DNA from: Candidatus Dormiibacterota bacterium
Lineage (GTDB): Bacteria > Chloroflexota > Dormibacteria > Dormibacterales > Dormibacteraceae
NCBI GenBank assembly: GCA_036844615.1
Contig: DAIUFK010000001.1
Span: forward strand, 9,694-73,693
Direction of reading: 5' to 3'
Length of the DNA stretch: 64,000 nt
Part shown: positions 1-9,002 of the stretch, one piece after another
How positions within the stretch are numbered: position 1 is the first letter of the stretch
Layout of the letters: each line of letters begins with the position of its first letter
Position numbers and translations under genes: made by a program
Notes under the pieces: generated by a model
Database searches by the model: none
What the model saw: the letters and a program-made list of their open reading frames with translations, nothing else
Told to the model about the DNA's origin: nothing

Positions 1-368
1 AGCACGGCGACATCGGTCACTGGTTCGGTGCTCCGATCGAGGAGCTGAAGCGAAAGAAGCAGATCTTCGAGGAGCATTGCGCGGCGGTGAATCGGGATCC
101 TTCGGAGGTGCTGCTGACCCTCGGGGTCTCCCTGGTCCTGGCGGAAAACGAAAAGGACGGCAAGGCAATCGTCGACAGCCTCACACCAGAGCGACGGGCG
201 ATGGCCAGGGTCGCCACCGTGCCCGAGGCTGCAGAGTTGATCGGCCAATACATGGATGCGGGCTTCGGCGGCTTCACTTTCAACAACAACGTCTATCAGA
301 CAGCCGAGTCGATAGCGCTTGTCGGCGAGCTGATCAAAGTCGTTCACGGCAGCGCGGTACCGAACTAA
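1..368 (+). CDS. LLM-class (luciferase-like) F420-dependent oxidoreductase, C-terminal fragment; 5' end lies outside the window
   Basis: Frame 3 is open from position 3 (HGDIGHWFGAPIEELKRKKQIFEEHCAAV...) and runs into the tracked ORF 87..368. The C-terminal shape (AAELIGQYMDAGFGGFTF...) resembles LLM-family oxidoreductases from memory. Confidence 0.5.
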   Translation, partial: HGDIGHWFGAPIEELKRKKQIFEEHCAAVNRDPSEVLLTLGVSLVLAENEKDGKAIVDSLTPERRAMARVATVPEAAELIGQYMDAGFGGFTFNNNVYQTAESIALVGELIKVVHGSAVPN

Positions 369-397
369 CTCAGTAAGAACGCTAAAGTCTGAAAACC

Positions 398-943
398 GTG
401 AGCGGTGTCTTGCTCGAGCTGTTCAGACACAAGACCTGGGCGACGCTGCGCCCGATCGAGTACTGCCAGCGCCTCGCTGACGAACACCTGGACGCCACGA
501 TCCCCGGCACCTTTGGCACGATCCGGGAGACGTTGCGGCACGTGGTCGAGGCCGAGCAGGGCTACCTCTCGATCCTGACGCGTGAGCCATTCAGTTCAAA
601 AGAAGCAGCCGAGGTTTTCGTATCGCCGGACCCCTTACATGAAGGGCCCGTGCCCCTGGATCAGCTCGCGGACAGCATTCGACGCATGGGCCCGCGCTGG
701 GAGGCCCTTGCCAAGGACGCCGACCTCGCAGCGCGCGAGGTCACCACCACTGACGGCTGGCGCGTGCCGGGGTCGGTGCCGATGGCGCAAGCCATCCACC
801 ACGCCGGCGACCACCGCAGCCACATCATGTCGATCCTTGGCGCACGCGGCTTGGAACTGCCCGGGCCCAATGACCTTGACGTGTGGGGCTACGCCGAGGC
901 AGAAGACCAGATGCAGGAGCTGAAAGAGACCTCCAGCGACTGA
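398..943 (+). CDS. DinB-family (DinB_2) metal-dependent protein
   Basis: 181-aa ORF with GTG start. N-terminal HKTWAT, central LRHVVEAEQGY and C-terminal HHAGDHRSH give the His-triad pattern of DinB-fold proteins. Confidence 0.7.
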   Translation: MSGVLLELFRHKTWATLRPIEYCQRLADEHLDATIPGTFGTIRETLRHVVEAEQGYLSILTREPFSSKEAAEVFVSPDPLHEGPVPLDQLADSIRRMGPRWEALAKDADLAAREVTTTDGWRVPGSVPMAQAIHHAGDHRSHIMSILGARGLELPGPNDLDVWGYAEAEDQMQELKETSSD

Positions 944-964
944 GAGCGGGGTGAGGGTGCTCGA

Positions 965-1390
965 CTAGTTGTTAGGTGGAGCTGCGCTGATCTCGGACAG
1001 GGCAGCACCCTCATCCTTCTCCTTGGCAAGATCACCAAGCGAGACGATCCCCACCAGCCGGCCCTTGTCGACCACCGGAACTCGGCGGATTGCCTTCTCT
1101 CGCATGAGGTTCGCCACCTCATCCACTGACTGGTCAGAGCTGACCGTCGTGACGTCACCGCTGCAGATGTCCCCGACCTTGACCAGCTTGGGGTCGCGGC
1201 CGTCCGCAACAGCCCGGACGACGATGTCGCGATCGGTGACAACTCCGCAAACCGAACCGTCCTGAGCGCGGAGGACGATTACGCTGCCGAAATCCTTCTC
1301 GCGCATCGCGCGAGCTGCGTCGACAAGCGTTGCGCTTTCATCGAGCCCGACTGGACTCGCACTCATGACGTCTTTGACTGTCCTTGTCAT
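965..1390 (-). CDS. CBS domain pair protein
   Basis: Two CBS repeats (VKDVMSASPVGL...GVVTDRDIV and ...RRVPVVDKGRLVGIVSLGDL). The internal ATG at 1390 (MTRTVKDVM) fits better than the track start at 1483. Confidence 0.85.
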   Translation of the reverse strand: MTRTVKDVMSASPVGLDESATLVDAARAMREKDFGSVIVLRAQDGSVCGVVTDRDIVVRAVADGRDPKLVKVGDICSGDVTTVSSDQSVDEVANLMREKAIRRVPVVDKGRLVGIVSLGDLAKEKDEGAALSEISAAPPNN

Positions 1391-1498
1391 CTCGCATCCC
1401 TCCGTGAATGGAACTCTGCAAGCGCCCATGGCGCTGAATGCCCCCAAGAACTGAACGCGATGGCGTCGCCGAAGTACCCACATGCGGAATCACCTTCG

Positions 1499-1726
1499 TC
1501 AGTGGCTCTTCTCCGCAACGGTGACCAGCAGGTCCAAGGTGTTGCGCACTGCGACGAGGAGCAGCACAAGGACTACCCCCACCAGCACGGCGAGCGCGGT
1601 TCCGGTGGAGCCCAAATAGAACAGAACGCCGATGACTCCGAGGGCAAGGCATCTGAGCATGCTCAACCCGAATCGCGAGATCAACAGCCGCAGACTCAGG
1701 GTTCGCGCGCGCCTTGCGCGACTCAT
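1499..1726 (-). CDS. small hypothetical membrane protein (two predicted TM helices)
   Basis: 75-aa ORF with a basic N-terminus followed by two hydrophobic stretches. No family recognised. Confidence 0.35.
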   Translation of the reverse strand: MSRARRARTLSLRLLISRFGLSMLRCLALGVIGVLFYLGSTGTALAVLVGVVLVLLLVAVRNTLDLLVTVAEKSH

Positions 1727-1778
1727 GTCGCGCTGATCCTAAAGCGGGCGATCCACCGAGAAGGGGTGCATCTGGACC

Positions 1779-2687
1779 CTAGGCCACCGTTGCACCGGCT
1801 GCGCGTTGCTGCAACCACTGCAGGATAGGTTCCGACAGCCTCACCGCGACATAGGTTGCGAACGCGAGAGAGGTTATGAAGAAGCTCACCGGGTGGGGCG
1901 AGAAGAAAGCGATGCTCAATCCGAGCCAGGTGAAGGCGAGGGCCAGCAGGACGCCGATGAGGATTGCGGTCGGCGGCCGGCTCGTGAACCTGACTGCGAT
2001 GGCGGCGGGGGTGACGATCAGGGCGAAGATCAACAGCACTCCCACCACCTGCACAGCCTCTGTCACCGCCACCGCCAGGATCGCCATGAAACCGATCGAC
2101 AGCGCGGTCACCGGAACTCCCTTGGCGCTGGCCAGCTCCTCGTCGACCGACGAGAACAATAGAGGTCGGTAGACGGCGACGAGGCCGACGACTGTCACGA
2201 TGCCCGCGACCAACGTGACTGCCACGTCGCCGGAGCTGATGCCGAGGATCTGGCCGAACAGGAGCGCATAGGCCTCGGTGGCGTACCCGCGATAAAGGGA
2301 GATGAACAGGACTCCGAGCCCAAGCGTCCAGGCGAGCACTATGCCAATCGTCACGTCGCGGCCGCGCACGCGATTGCCGAGAGCTCCGATCACGACCCCG
2401 CTCCCGAGCGTGAAGGCAAGGAGGCCGACTATCGGGTTGAGCGAAAGGACCACCGCTCCCGTCGCGCCGGCGAAGCCGATATGCGAGAGAGCATGCGCGG
2501 CGAAGGCGGATCCCCTCAGCACCACGAAGTAGCCGATGGCGCCGGCCACTATGGCGACGATGGTGCCGGCCTCGAAGGCGTGAACCATGAAGTCGTAGTG
2601 CAAGAGCATGGCCAGGTCTTCCAGCGGGTTCCAGCTTGGCTGCGATGAGGTGTTCGAGATGGTCAGCTGGACTGCGACGTCAACCAT
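1779..2687 (-). CDS. znuB: metal (Zn/Mn) ABC transporter permease, ABC-3/ZnuB family
   Basis: 302-aa polytopic membrane protein. It overlaps the upstream ATPase gene by 8 nt and sits in an operon with a TroA-type binding protein opposite a Fur-family gene. Confidence 0.8.
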   Translation of the reverse strand: MVDVAVQLTISNTSSQPSWNPLEDLAMLLHYDFMVHAFEAGTIVAIVAGAIGYFVVLRGSAFAAHALSHIGFAGATGAVVLSLNPIVGLLAFTLGSGVVIGALGNRVRGRDVTIGIVLAWTLGLGVLFISLYRGYATEAYALLFGQILGISSGDVAVTLVAGIVTVVGLVAVYRPLLFSSVDEELASAKGVPVTALSIGFMAILAVAVTEAVQVVGVLLIFALIVTPAAIAVRFTSRPPTAILIGVLLALAFTWLGLSIAFFSPHPVSFFITSLAFATYVAVRLSEPILQWLQQRAAGATVA

Positions 2688-3480
2688 GAGGGTGGCTTAC
2701 CTCCTCCTCGAGGCCGACGACGAAGATGCGACCACGACTGTCGGTCAGCACCTCAACTGGAGACGAATAGATCGCGGACAGCGACTCTGACGTGATGATT
2801 TCGGCCGGCTTTCCCATCGCCACCTTGCCGTGGGCGACATAAAGAACGTGGTCGATGTGCCTCAACAGCGGGTTGACGTCGTGGGCGATCAGCAGGATGG
2901 TCAGCTGGCGCATGCGCGCCACCTCGCTGATCAGCTGAACGATTGCCCCCTGGTTGCGGACGTCGAGGTGGGAGAGCGGTTCGTCCATGAGCAGCAGGCG
3001 CGGGTTGCCCACCAGCGCCTGCGCCAGGAGCAGCCGCTGCTGCTCGCCTCCCGACAGCCTTCCGAGCGGTCGGCCCGCATAGCCGGTTGCCCCCACTGCG
3101 TCAATGGCTGCAACGGCAGCTCGCTCCGCCTGTGCGCGACCTGCAACACGTACGCCCCAGCGATGGCCGTCGATTCCCAGGCCGACAAAATCAAGACCGC
3201 GGAGGGACAAGTCAGGATCGAAGCTCGAGCCCTGGGGGATGTAGCCGATCTGGGGATTGCCGCGGTGGGGCGGTTGGCCGAGCACCTCGAGGCGGCCGGC
3301 GGTGGCAGGCAGCTGGCCGAGGATCATCCTTATCAGCGTCGTTTTGCCACCGCCGTTGGGCCCGAGGATGGCGGTGAAAGAGCCTGTCGGGATCGAAAAG
3401 CCTGCGCCCGACCAGATCACCCGGCTTCCGTAGCCGGCGGACAGATCCCGTGCAACGACGGCTGCGGCGGGGTCTTTCAC
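2680..3480 (-). CDS. znuC: metal ABC transporter ATP-binding protein (ZnuC-like)
   Basis: Walker A GPNGGGKTT, signature LSGGEQQR and Walker B LLLMDEP. It overlaps the binding-protein gene by 4 nt. Confidence 0.9.
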   Translation of the reverse strand: MKDPAAAVVARDLSAGYGSRVIWSGAGFSIPTGSFTAILGPNGGGKTTLIRMILGQLPATAGRLEVLGQPPHRGNPQIGYIPQGSSFDPDLSLRGLDFVGLGIDGHRWGVRVAGRAQAERAAVAAIDAVGATGYAGRPLGRLSGGEQQRLLLAQALVGNPRLLLMDEPLSHLDVRNQGAIVQLISEVARMRQLTILLIAHDVNPLLRHIDHVLYVAHGKVAMGKPAEIITSESLSAIYSSPVEVLTDSRGRIFVVGLEEEVSHPHG

Positions 3481-4376
3481 GACGACCCGACGGTAAGGGC
3501 GTTTTCCAGGCTGACCAGCTGCCGCAGCTGCCAGTCCTGGAAGGTCGAGGTGTCAGGCTGAAGCGTCTCGGAAATACCCACCACTGGGATGTGGTTCGCG
3601 ATCGCCAGGTTCTTCATGTTCGTCGTGATCGAGGTTGCGGTCTGGACGTTGTACACGAGGACCTTGATCTGCCTGTTCGTGATCTGGTCCTGGAAGGCGG
3701 CAACTGCGCTCGCAGGTGGGTCGTTGCCCTCGGACACCGCCTGCATGAACTCGGCAGGAGAGATGAGGTTGAGGCCTGTCGCGTTCGCCGTGTAGGCAAA
3801 GACGCTCTCGGTTGAACCGACAGGCTTGACGACGAACTTGGCTTTGATCTCTGCGATCCGGTCGAGGTACGGCTTCACAGCGCTCGCAAAGGTCCCGCGC
3901 TGCTGGTCGAAGTAGGCAGCGTCCGCTGGATCGATCGATTTGTAGATAGCGGTGATCCGGTCGGCGACGTTGATCACGTAATCGGGGTAGTACCAGAAGT
4001 GGGGGTTGTCGCCAGGCTTCTTGCCGAGAAGGGCTGCAACTGTCAGCACCTGACGGTGGCTGCTCGGATTGGCGGCGAGAAGCTTCTGGCCCCAGTCGTC
4101 ATACCCCGCTCCATTCAGGATCACGAGCGCGGCGTCGGCGAACGCTCGGGCGTCGTTCGTGCTGCTCTCGTACTCATGGGGGTCGGCATTGGGGTCGGAG
4201 ACGACGCTTTGAACGTCCGCCTTGGCGCCACCGAGCTGGACCGCGATGCTGCCCCAGAAATTTTCAGCTGCCACCACTTTGACCAACCCGGACTGAGACT
4301 CCGCCGTGCTCTCCGCGCAGGCCGCACTTGCGAGCGCCAAGGCGACGGCGACCATCACCGACCCTGCCGTTCGCAT
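3477..4376 (-). CDS. znuA: metal ABC transporter substrate-binding lipoprotein (ZnuA/TroA family)
   Basis: Likely start MRTAGSVMVAVALALASAAC (lipobox-like) at 4376. The body matches TroA-like binding proteins (NPHFWYYP, DPHEYE). The upstream part of the track ORF is Cys/His/Arg-rich and looks like overextension. Confidence 0.8.
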   Translation of the reverse strand: MRTAGSVMVAVALALASAACAESTAESQSGLVKVVAAENFWGSIAVQLGGAKADVQSVVSDPNADPHEYESSTNDARAFADAALVILNGAGYDDWGQKLLAANPSSHRQVLTVAALLGKKPGDNPHFWYYPDYVINVADRITAIYKSIDPADAAYFDQQRGTFASAVKPYLDRIAEIKAKFVVKPVGSTESVFAYTANATGLNLISPAEFMQAVSEGNDPPASAVAAFQDQITNRQIKVLVYNVQTATSITTNMKNLAIANHIPVVGISETLQPDTSTFQDWQLRQLVSLENALTVGSS

Positions 4377-4387
4377 GCGCAACAGTA

Positions 4388-4418
4388 TTGCACAATGGCA
4401 TTGCGCATTGTGTGTGCA
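4388..4418. promoter_or_regulatory. candidate Zur/Fur operator in the divergent znuA / fur-family intergenic region
   Basis: TTGCACAATGGCATTGCGCATTGTGTGTGCA contains the palindrome CAATGgCATTG. It also has outer inverted arms TGCACAATG / CATTGTGtgTGCA, in a 60-bp divergent promoter region. Confidence 0.4.
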
Positions 4419-4436
4419 TATGGCTATAGTTGAGGT

Positions 4437-4844
4437 GTGGCCCCGCCAAGTCCGATCCGCGACAGAGTCAGGCTCCTGTTCGCAACCCCGGGCCGCCATG
4501 TCTGGTCGACCGAGGAGCTGCACGAAGCGGTAAGGGCTTCACTTGGCGGCGCCGACTACTCGAGCGTCTTCCGGGCGGTGGCGGGCATGGAGCGCGAAGG
4601 GTTGATCGACAGGATCGACCTGGCCGACGGAAAGGCGCACTACGAGCTGCGGGATAAGCACCACGACCATGTTCGTTGCGATTCGTGTGGCAGAGTCGCA
4701 GGGGTCACTGGGTGCATTCTGGAAAATGCGACCTCAGCCGTTGAGAGCGACACAGGGTTCAAGATCAGCAGCCACCAGCTGCTGTTCACGGGACTCTGTT
4801 CGGACTGCGCAAAAGGGAACGAGCCACCGTCGTGGCGGGGCTAG
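4437..4844 (+). CDS. zur: Fur-family transcriptional regulator, probably Zur
   Basis: 135 aa with a winged-helix N-terminus, HHDHVRCDSCGR and a C-terminal CSDC (C-x2-C pairs of Fur-family structural Zn sites). It is divergent from the Zn ABC uptake operon. Confidence 0.85.
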   Translation: MAPPSPIRDRVRLLFATPGRHVWSTEELHEAVRASLGGADYSSVFRAVAGMEREGLIDRIDLADGKAHYELRDKHHDHVRCDSCGRVAGVTGCILENATSAVESDTGFKISSHQLLFTGLCSDCAKGNEPPSWRG

Positions 4845-4907
4845 GAGAAAGTCAGCGGTCGCCTGACGCCGGCTCGTAGGTCTTGGGAGGGCGACGCATG
4901 CCAACTG

Positions 4908-5081
4908 TTGAGGAAGGGATTCAGTCGCAGCAGCACAACATCGAGAAGGCGTGGCCGGACCATCGATGAGCTCGTACGCATAATCGCCCTGTTCACGCAC
5001 CGCGTTCGAGTTTCAACCACCGCCGAGGTCGACTCAGAGCTCGAAACGTGGCTGCGCGCAGCCTACCTAGCTGCCGGCTGA
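4908..5081 (+). pseudogene. possible remnant of a small DUF5655/DUF4287-like gene
   Basis: 57-codon ORF ending ...THRVRVSTTAEVDSELETWLRAAYLAAG. A short ORF in another frame just upstream reads MPTVEEGIQSQQHNIEKAWPDHR. Together they resemble the N- and C-termini of one gene with the middle lost. Recognition is from memory only. Confidence 0.2.
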
Positions 5082-5168
5082 CGCCACCCGAGAGCATCCG
5101 TGCCCAACGTTGGCTACGATCCGCCCTCATGGCCCGGGGAGCCAGCGCGGCCAAGGTAATGGCGCAGA

Positions 5169-5969
5169 TCAATATGCCTCTTGAAGACCTCCGCGCCGGG
5201 CATACGCCTCCAGCAGCCTGAAGAGCGCGTAGCCGGCCAACGCGTAGAGCACGCCAACCACGACTTCGCCCGCGAGAAGGCCGCTGATGTGACTGAACGA
5301 GGCCCCGGCGGCGGCTTCGCGCGCGGCCTCGACGCCTCGGGTCAGAGGCAGTCCGTACGACACAAGCTGGATCACCTCGGGTAGGCGGCTGACCGGGAAG
5401 TTGATTCCGCAGACGACAAGCAGCAGGTAGTAGACGACGTTGGCGATGATTATCGCGTCGCGCATGATCAGCCCGATGCTGCCGAACAGCAGGCCGAGGC
5501 CCGCCGTGGTGAAGGAGATCACAAGCACGCATAGACCGAGCAACAGCAGGTTGCCGTGCTGAAGGTCGAGCCCGAAAAGAATCGCCGCCACCGCCAGGCC
5601 GACGATCACCGTCGCAATGCCGTCGATCACGTTCACCACTGCACGACTCAAAAAGGTCACGAGCCGGTTCGCGGGTGAGGCAAGGAGAATCGGCAACGTT
5701 CCAAATTGGCGTTCGTTCGCAACGGTGGCGATGACACCAAAGATGCCCGCGTTGGCAGTGAGCTGGAGGGCGTTGCCCAACGCGAAGTAGAGGGCATTCT
5801 GTCGGCCTGTGGCATACGTGCCGAGCTCGACGAAGAAAAGGATCTGCGTCACCGGCAGCAGCACCTTGTAAGCGATATAGCCTTGGACCGTCGCCCACTG
5901 GAACAGCGCCACGTACTGGAAATACGTCGAGCGCGCAAACACTCCGACCTCCGATTGAAGGCGCCTCAT
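5169..5969 (-). CDS. ABC-2 type exporter permease
   Basis: 266-aa, six-TM-like protein that overlaps the next permease gene by 4 nt. The Arg-rich 374-aa ORF 4993..6117 on the same strand, in another frame, is a shadow ORF. Confidence 0.8.
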   Translation of the reverse strand: MRRLQSEVGVFARSTYFQYVALFQWATVQGYIAYKVLLPVTQILFFVELGTYATGRQNALYFALGNALQLTANAGIFGVIATVANERQFGTLPILLASPANRLVTFLSRAVVNVIDGIATVIVGLAVAAILFGLDLQHGNLLLLGLCVLVISFTTAGLGLLFGSIGLIMRDAIIIANVVYYLLLVVCGINFPVSRLPEVIQLVSYGLPLTRGVEAAREAAAGASFSHISGLLAGEVVVGVLYALAGYALFRLLEAYARRGGLQEAY

Positions 5970-6751
5970 GCGAGGGCAAGCTCCCCTGAGACTCGCGCGC
6001 GCCTCTCAACCATCTGATAGAGGAAGAGCGCCCCCACCAGGTACGCGAGGCTGATGAGGATCGCGGCAAGCCACCACAGCGCGAAGTCATGCGGGCCTTC
6101 ATTCGTGGTGGCGGCATAGATGGCTCTGGTCGCCCATGTCGGTGAGAGGGACCCGGAGATCACCTGTGCCCAAGGCGCCAGCACCGTCACCGGGAACATG
6201 AATCCACAGAGCACGTAAACGCCAAGCTCGAACCCGTTGAGCATGCTGAAGGCCCAGCGCCACAGCGCGAACAGCGGAGTCAGGGTGATCGAGATGGTGA
6301 GGAAGGTGAAGCTCAGCACGCCAATCGAGATGGCCAAGCGCGCCGCGTCGACGCCAGGCAAGAGCGCATGGAAGCCGAAGTAGGCGAAAGCCACCGTGGG
6401 CAGGAAGGAAAGAATCCCAAACAGCAGGCTGCCGCAAGCCTTGCCGAGGACGATGACCCAGAGCGGAGTGGGCACCGCGAATATCTGCTCCAGCGTGCCG
6501 TTCCACCTCTCGTCCTGGATGCCGTTGCCACCGTCCAGGTACGCCACGCCCCAGTAGCCGATCAGGCCGCCGCCAAGGACTCCGTACGCGAGCTGCGTCG
6601 TGGTGGCGCCGGGGCGACTCAGGACGAACAGGCCGATCGCGGTGAAGATGGTGGGAAACAGAAGCCAGTTCAGATACGCCCATGGGCTGATCACCCGCAG
6701 GCGCATGCTCACGGCGAAAGCGCTGAACGCGGCGCGAACAAGCGAAATCAA
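5966..6751 (-). CDS. ABC-2 type exporter permease (second, non-identical subunit)
   Basis: 261-aa polytopic membrane protein, overlapping the ATPase gene by 4 nt. Confidence 0.8.
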   Translation of the reverse strand: MISLVRAAFSAFAVSMRLRVISPWAYLNWLLFPTIFTAIGLFVLSRPGATTTQLAYGVLGGGLIGYWGVAYLDGGNGIQDERWNGTLEQIFAVPTPLWVIVLGKACGSLLFGILSFLPTVAFAYFGFHALLPGVDAARLAISIGVLSFTFLTISITLTPLFALWRWAFSMLNGFELGVYVLCGFMFPVTVLAPWAQVISGSLSPTWATRAIYAATTNEGPHDFALWWLAAILISLAYLVGALFLYQMVERRARVSGELALA

Positions 6752-7734
6752 GTCGACTCTCCGATCAGCTGGACGTAAGCGTCCTCGAGCGTTGGCTCGC
6801 GCGAGCTTACCTTCCGAAGCGTGAGACCTTCGAGGATCACGCCGAGCTGCGTCATCACTTCGGCCGGACGCGTGCAGTGGACAGTTACCACCTGGGCGAG
6901 CTCCTGGTCCACTACGGTCACCGAGCTCACGCCCGCCAGGCCGCGCAAACCGGCGAGCCTGTCAGCGGGCATGCCGACCACCTCGAACTCCACGACCCCC
7001 TGGTTCTCGACCACGCGCTTGATGCTGCTCGGCGTGCCCTCGGCGACGATCGCGCCCTTCTTGATCACGGCGATCCTGTCGCAGATCGAGTCAGCTTCGA
7101 ACATGTAGTGAGTGGTCAGGAAGATTGTCTTGCCGGCGTCGGCAAGCTCCCTCACCAGCACTCGGAGCTCGCGCGCGCCGACCGGGTCGAGTCCGATGGT
7201 GGGCTCGTCAAGGAACAGGACCTCGGGGTCGTTGAGCAAGCCTCGAGCCAGGTGCAGGCGCTGCTTCATGCCACGGGAATACACCTCGACCTTGTCGTGC
7301 TCCCGACCCGCGAGACCGAGCCTTTCGAGAAGCTCGCCGATGCGCCTCTTGGAGACGTCAGGAGGGATTCTGTAGAGTTCGGCGAAGTATCGAAGGTTGT
7401 TGAGACCCGAAAGCCGCCAGTAGAGGCCGCGGTCCCCCCCAAACACAAAGCCGATACGGCTCCGCACCGCTGACGTCTGCTTGACGACATCGAGTCCGAG
7501 GACGCGCGCCTGGCCCGAGTCGGGCAGGAGCAGCGTGGTAAGGATCTTCGTAGTTGTCGTCTTGCCGGCTCCGTTCGGGCCCAGCAGCCCGAACAGCTCT
7601 CCAGGCCGAATGGCCAGGTCGATCCCCGCGAGCGCGACGTTTTCCACCTTCGTACGGCGGAAGGTGCCACGTTTGTTGACGTACTTCTTGCGGAGCCCGG
7701 TGATCTCGATCGCCGGTGCGGTTTGCATTGACAT
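6748..7734 (-). CDS. ABC exporter ATP-binding protein (DrrA-like, with C-terminal extension)
   Basis: Walker A GPNGAGKTT, signature YSRGMKQRL and Walker B LFLDEP. Start taken at MSMQTAPAIEITGL; the track start at 7833 adds an Arg-rich leader. Confidence 0.9.
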   Translation of the reverse strand: MSMQTAPAIEITGLRKKYVNKRGTFRRTKVENVALAGIDLAIRPGELFGLLGPNGAGKTTTTKILTTLLLPDSGQARVLGLDVVKQTSAVRSRIGFVFGGDRGLYWRLSGLNNLRYFAELYRIPPDVSKRRIGELLERLGLAGREHDKVEVYSRGMKQRLHLARGLLNDPEVLFLDEPTIGLDPVGARELRVLVRELADAGKTIFLTTHYMFEADSICDRIAVIKKGAIVAEGTPSSIKRVVENQGVVEFEVVGMPADRLAGLRGLAGVSSVTVVDQELAQVVTVHCTRPAEVMTQLGVILEGLTLRKVSSREPTLEDAYVQLIGEST

Positions 7735-7911
7735 CGGAGCGGCTGATTTTATTCGTGGCGGGGCTGGTCGAGCGTCGTCAATGATTGCGAACTCATCAGA
7801 TCGTTCAGATTCGCGTCGGCGCCGCGTGCGCATCAGCGGAGCGACCTACCCCAGCGAGTCCTACGCGCAGTCGCTCGAGTCAGCCCTGAAGAAGGCGCAC
7901 CTGGGCTAGCC

Positions 7912-9000
7912 TCAGCCTGCCTCCTGCTTGCGGTGAAAAATAAGCCAGGCCGCGAGAAAGAAGGCAACGGTCCACACGGCAAGCGTGGCGATCTGGAACC
8001 CGAACTCGTTCATGCCCGTCCCTGAGGGCCCCGCCGACCCATTTCCGAACACGGGGGTCAGTGCTGACACAGGCGCCAGCACATTGACGAACAGGTAGTT
8101 GAGAAAGTGAGCCTTGTTGGGGTTCTGGCTGATCGCGAAGATGATCCCGCCGACGACCGTGCTGACCAGCGGCGCTCCGAAGAGCACCGCCAGGGTGATG
8201 CCGATCGCCGCCCATCTGCCGAAGACTGCTGACACCAGCAGGCTCATGCCCTGAACGCACAGGACGCCGAGCATCGCGCCGCCGAGGCACATCAGAACAA
8301 AAAGCGGTATTGACATGACGACAAGGTTGTTGCCCGCGAGTGGCTTGCTCCCATCCACAGCGATGCCGACCTGCGCGGTCAGCGGCCCCACAGACCCCGT
8401 CACAAAGGCCCAGATCGCGTAGACGATCAGGAAGGTGACGACGACCACGGCGAGGCTGATCAGAAACGAGGCGACCGCTTTGGCCAGCAGAAGCTGGTCG
8501 CGGCTCATCGGGCGGCTGAGCAGAATGGCGATGGTGCGGTCCGATCGCTCTCCGGCGATCTGTTCGGATGCGAGCCACCCGAAGATGCGTACGAGGAGGA
8601 ACATGACGATCCCGCCGAGGGCGAACAGGGCGGCGAGGGTGATCGAGAAGGACTGCACAGGCGCGATGTCATGGTCGAGCAGGTATTGGTCGTCGTTGAT
8701 CTGCTGCTGGACCTGCGCAATCGCATCATCCAGACCGAATTGCCCGCCGCCCTGAGGGCCGTCACCCTGCTGCTTGATCTGCTCCAAAGAGTTCAGCTCC
8801 TGCTGGTTGTTGGCGATGTCCGCACGCACAGTTGTCTGCCATGCCACCGCCGCCGGCGGGCTCCAACGCCCCACTGTCACGACGTAGTAGGTGTAGAGGC
8901 CACCGGCGATCAGCAGGAATATGACCCCCATCACAGCGAATACGATCCACCGGCTGCGCCAGGTTTTCTGAAGCTCGTTGCGGACGAGGTTGAAGAACAT
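7912..9000 (-). CDS. ABC-2 family permease with a large extracytoplasmic loop
   Basis: 362 aa. An N-terminal TM helix is followed by a Gln-rich ~90-aa loop (QQELNSLEQIKQQGDGPQGGGQ...) and then five more hydrophobic segments. It lies 2 nt downstream of its ATPase gene. Confidence 0.75.
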   Translation of the reverse strand: MFFNLVRNELQKTWRSRWIVFAVMGVIFLLIAGGLYTYYVVTVGRWSPPAAVAWQTTVRADIANNQQELNSLEQIKQQGDGPQGGGQFGLDDAIAQVQQQINDDQYLLDHDIAPVQSFSITLAALFALGGIVMFLLVRIFGWLASEQIAGERSDRTIAILLSRPMSRDQLLLAKAVASFLISLAVVVVTFLIVYAIWAFVTGSVGPLTAQVGIAVDGSKPLAGNNLVVMSIPLFVLMCLGGAMLGVLCVQGMSLLVSAVFGRWAAIGITLAVLFGAPLVSTVVGGIIFAISQNPNKAHFLNYLFVNVLAPVSALTPVFGNGSAGPSGTGMNEFGFQIATLAVWTVAFFLAAWLIFHRKQEAG

Positions 9001-9002
9001 CG

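Noticed and set aside
4993-6117. 374-aa ORF and similar long ORFs (9984..11027, 12766..13662, 14522..15484, 20133..21392, 25771..27135, 41079..41885, 47471..48520, 55394..56494)
   Set aside because: They are Arg/Pro/Gly/Ala-rich with no recognisable domains. Each lies antisense or out of frame over genes with clear family signatures. They are typical shadow ORFs of high-GC DNA.
7735-7911. 177-bp spacer between the two ABC exporter units as a regulatory RNA
   Set aside because: It contains only weak, imperfect inverted repeats (CGAGTC...GACTCG). An ordinary terminator/promoter region explains it.
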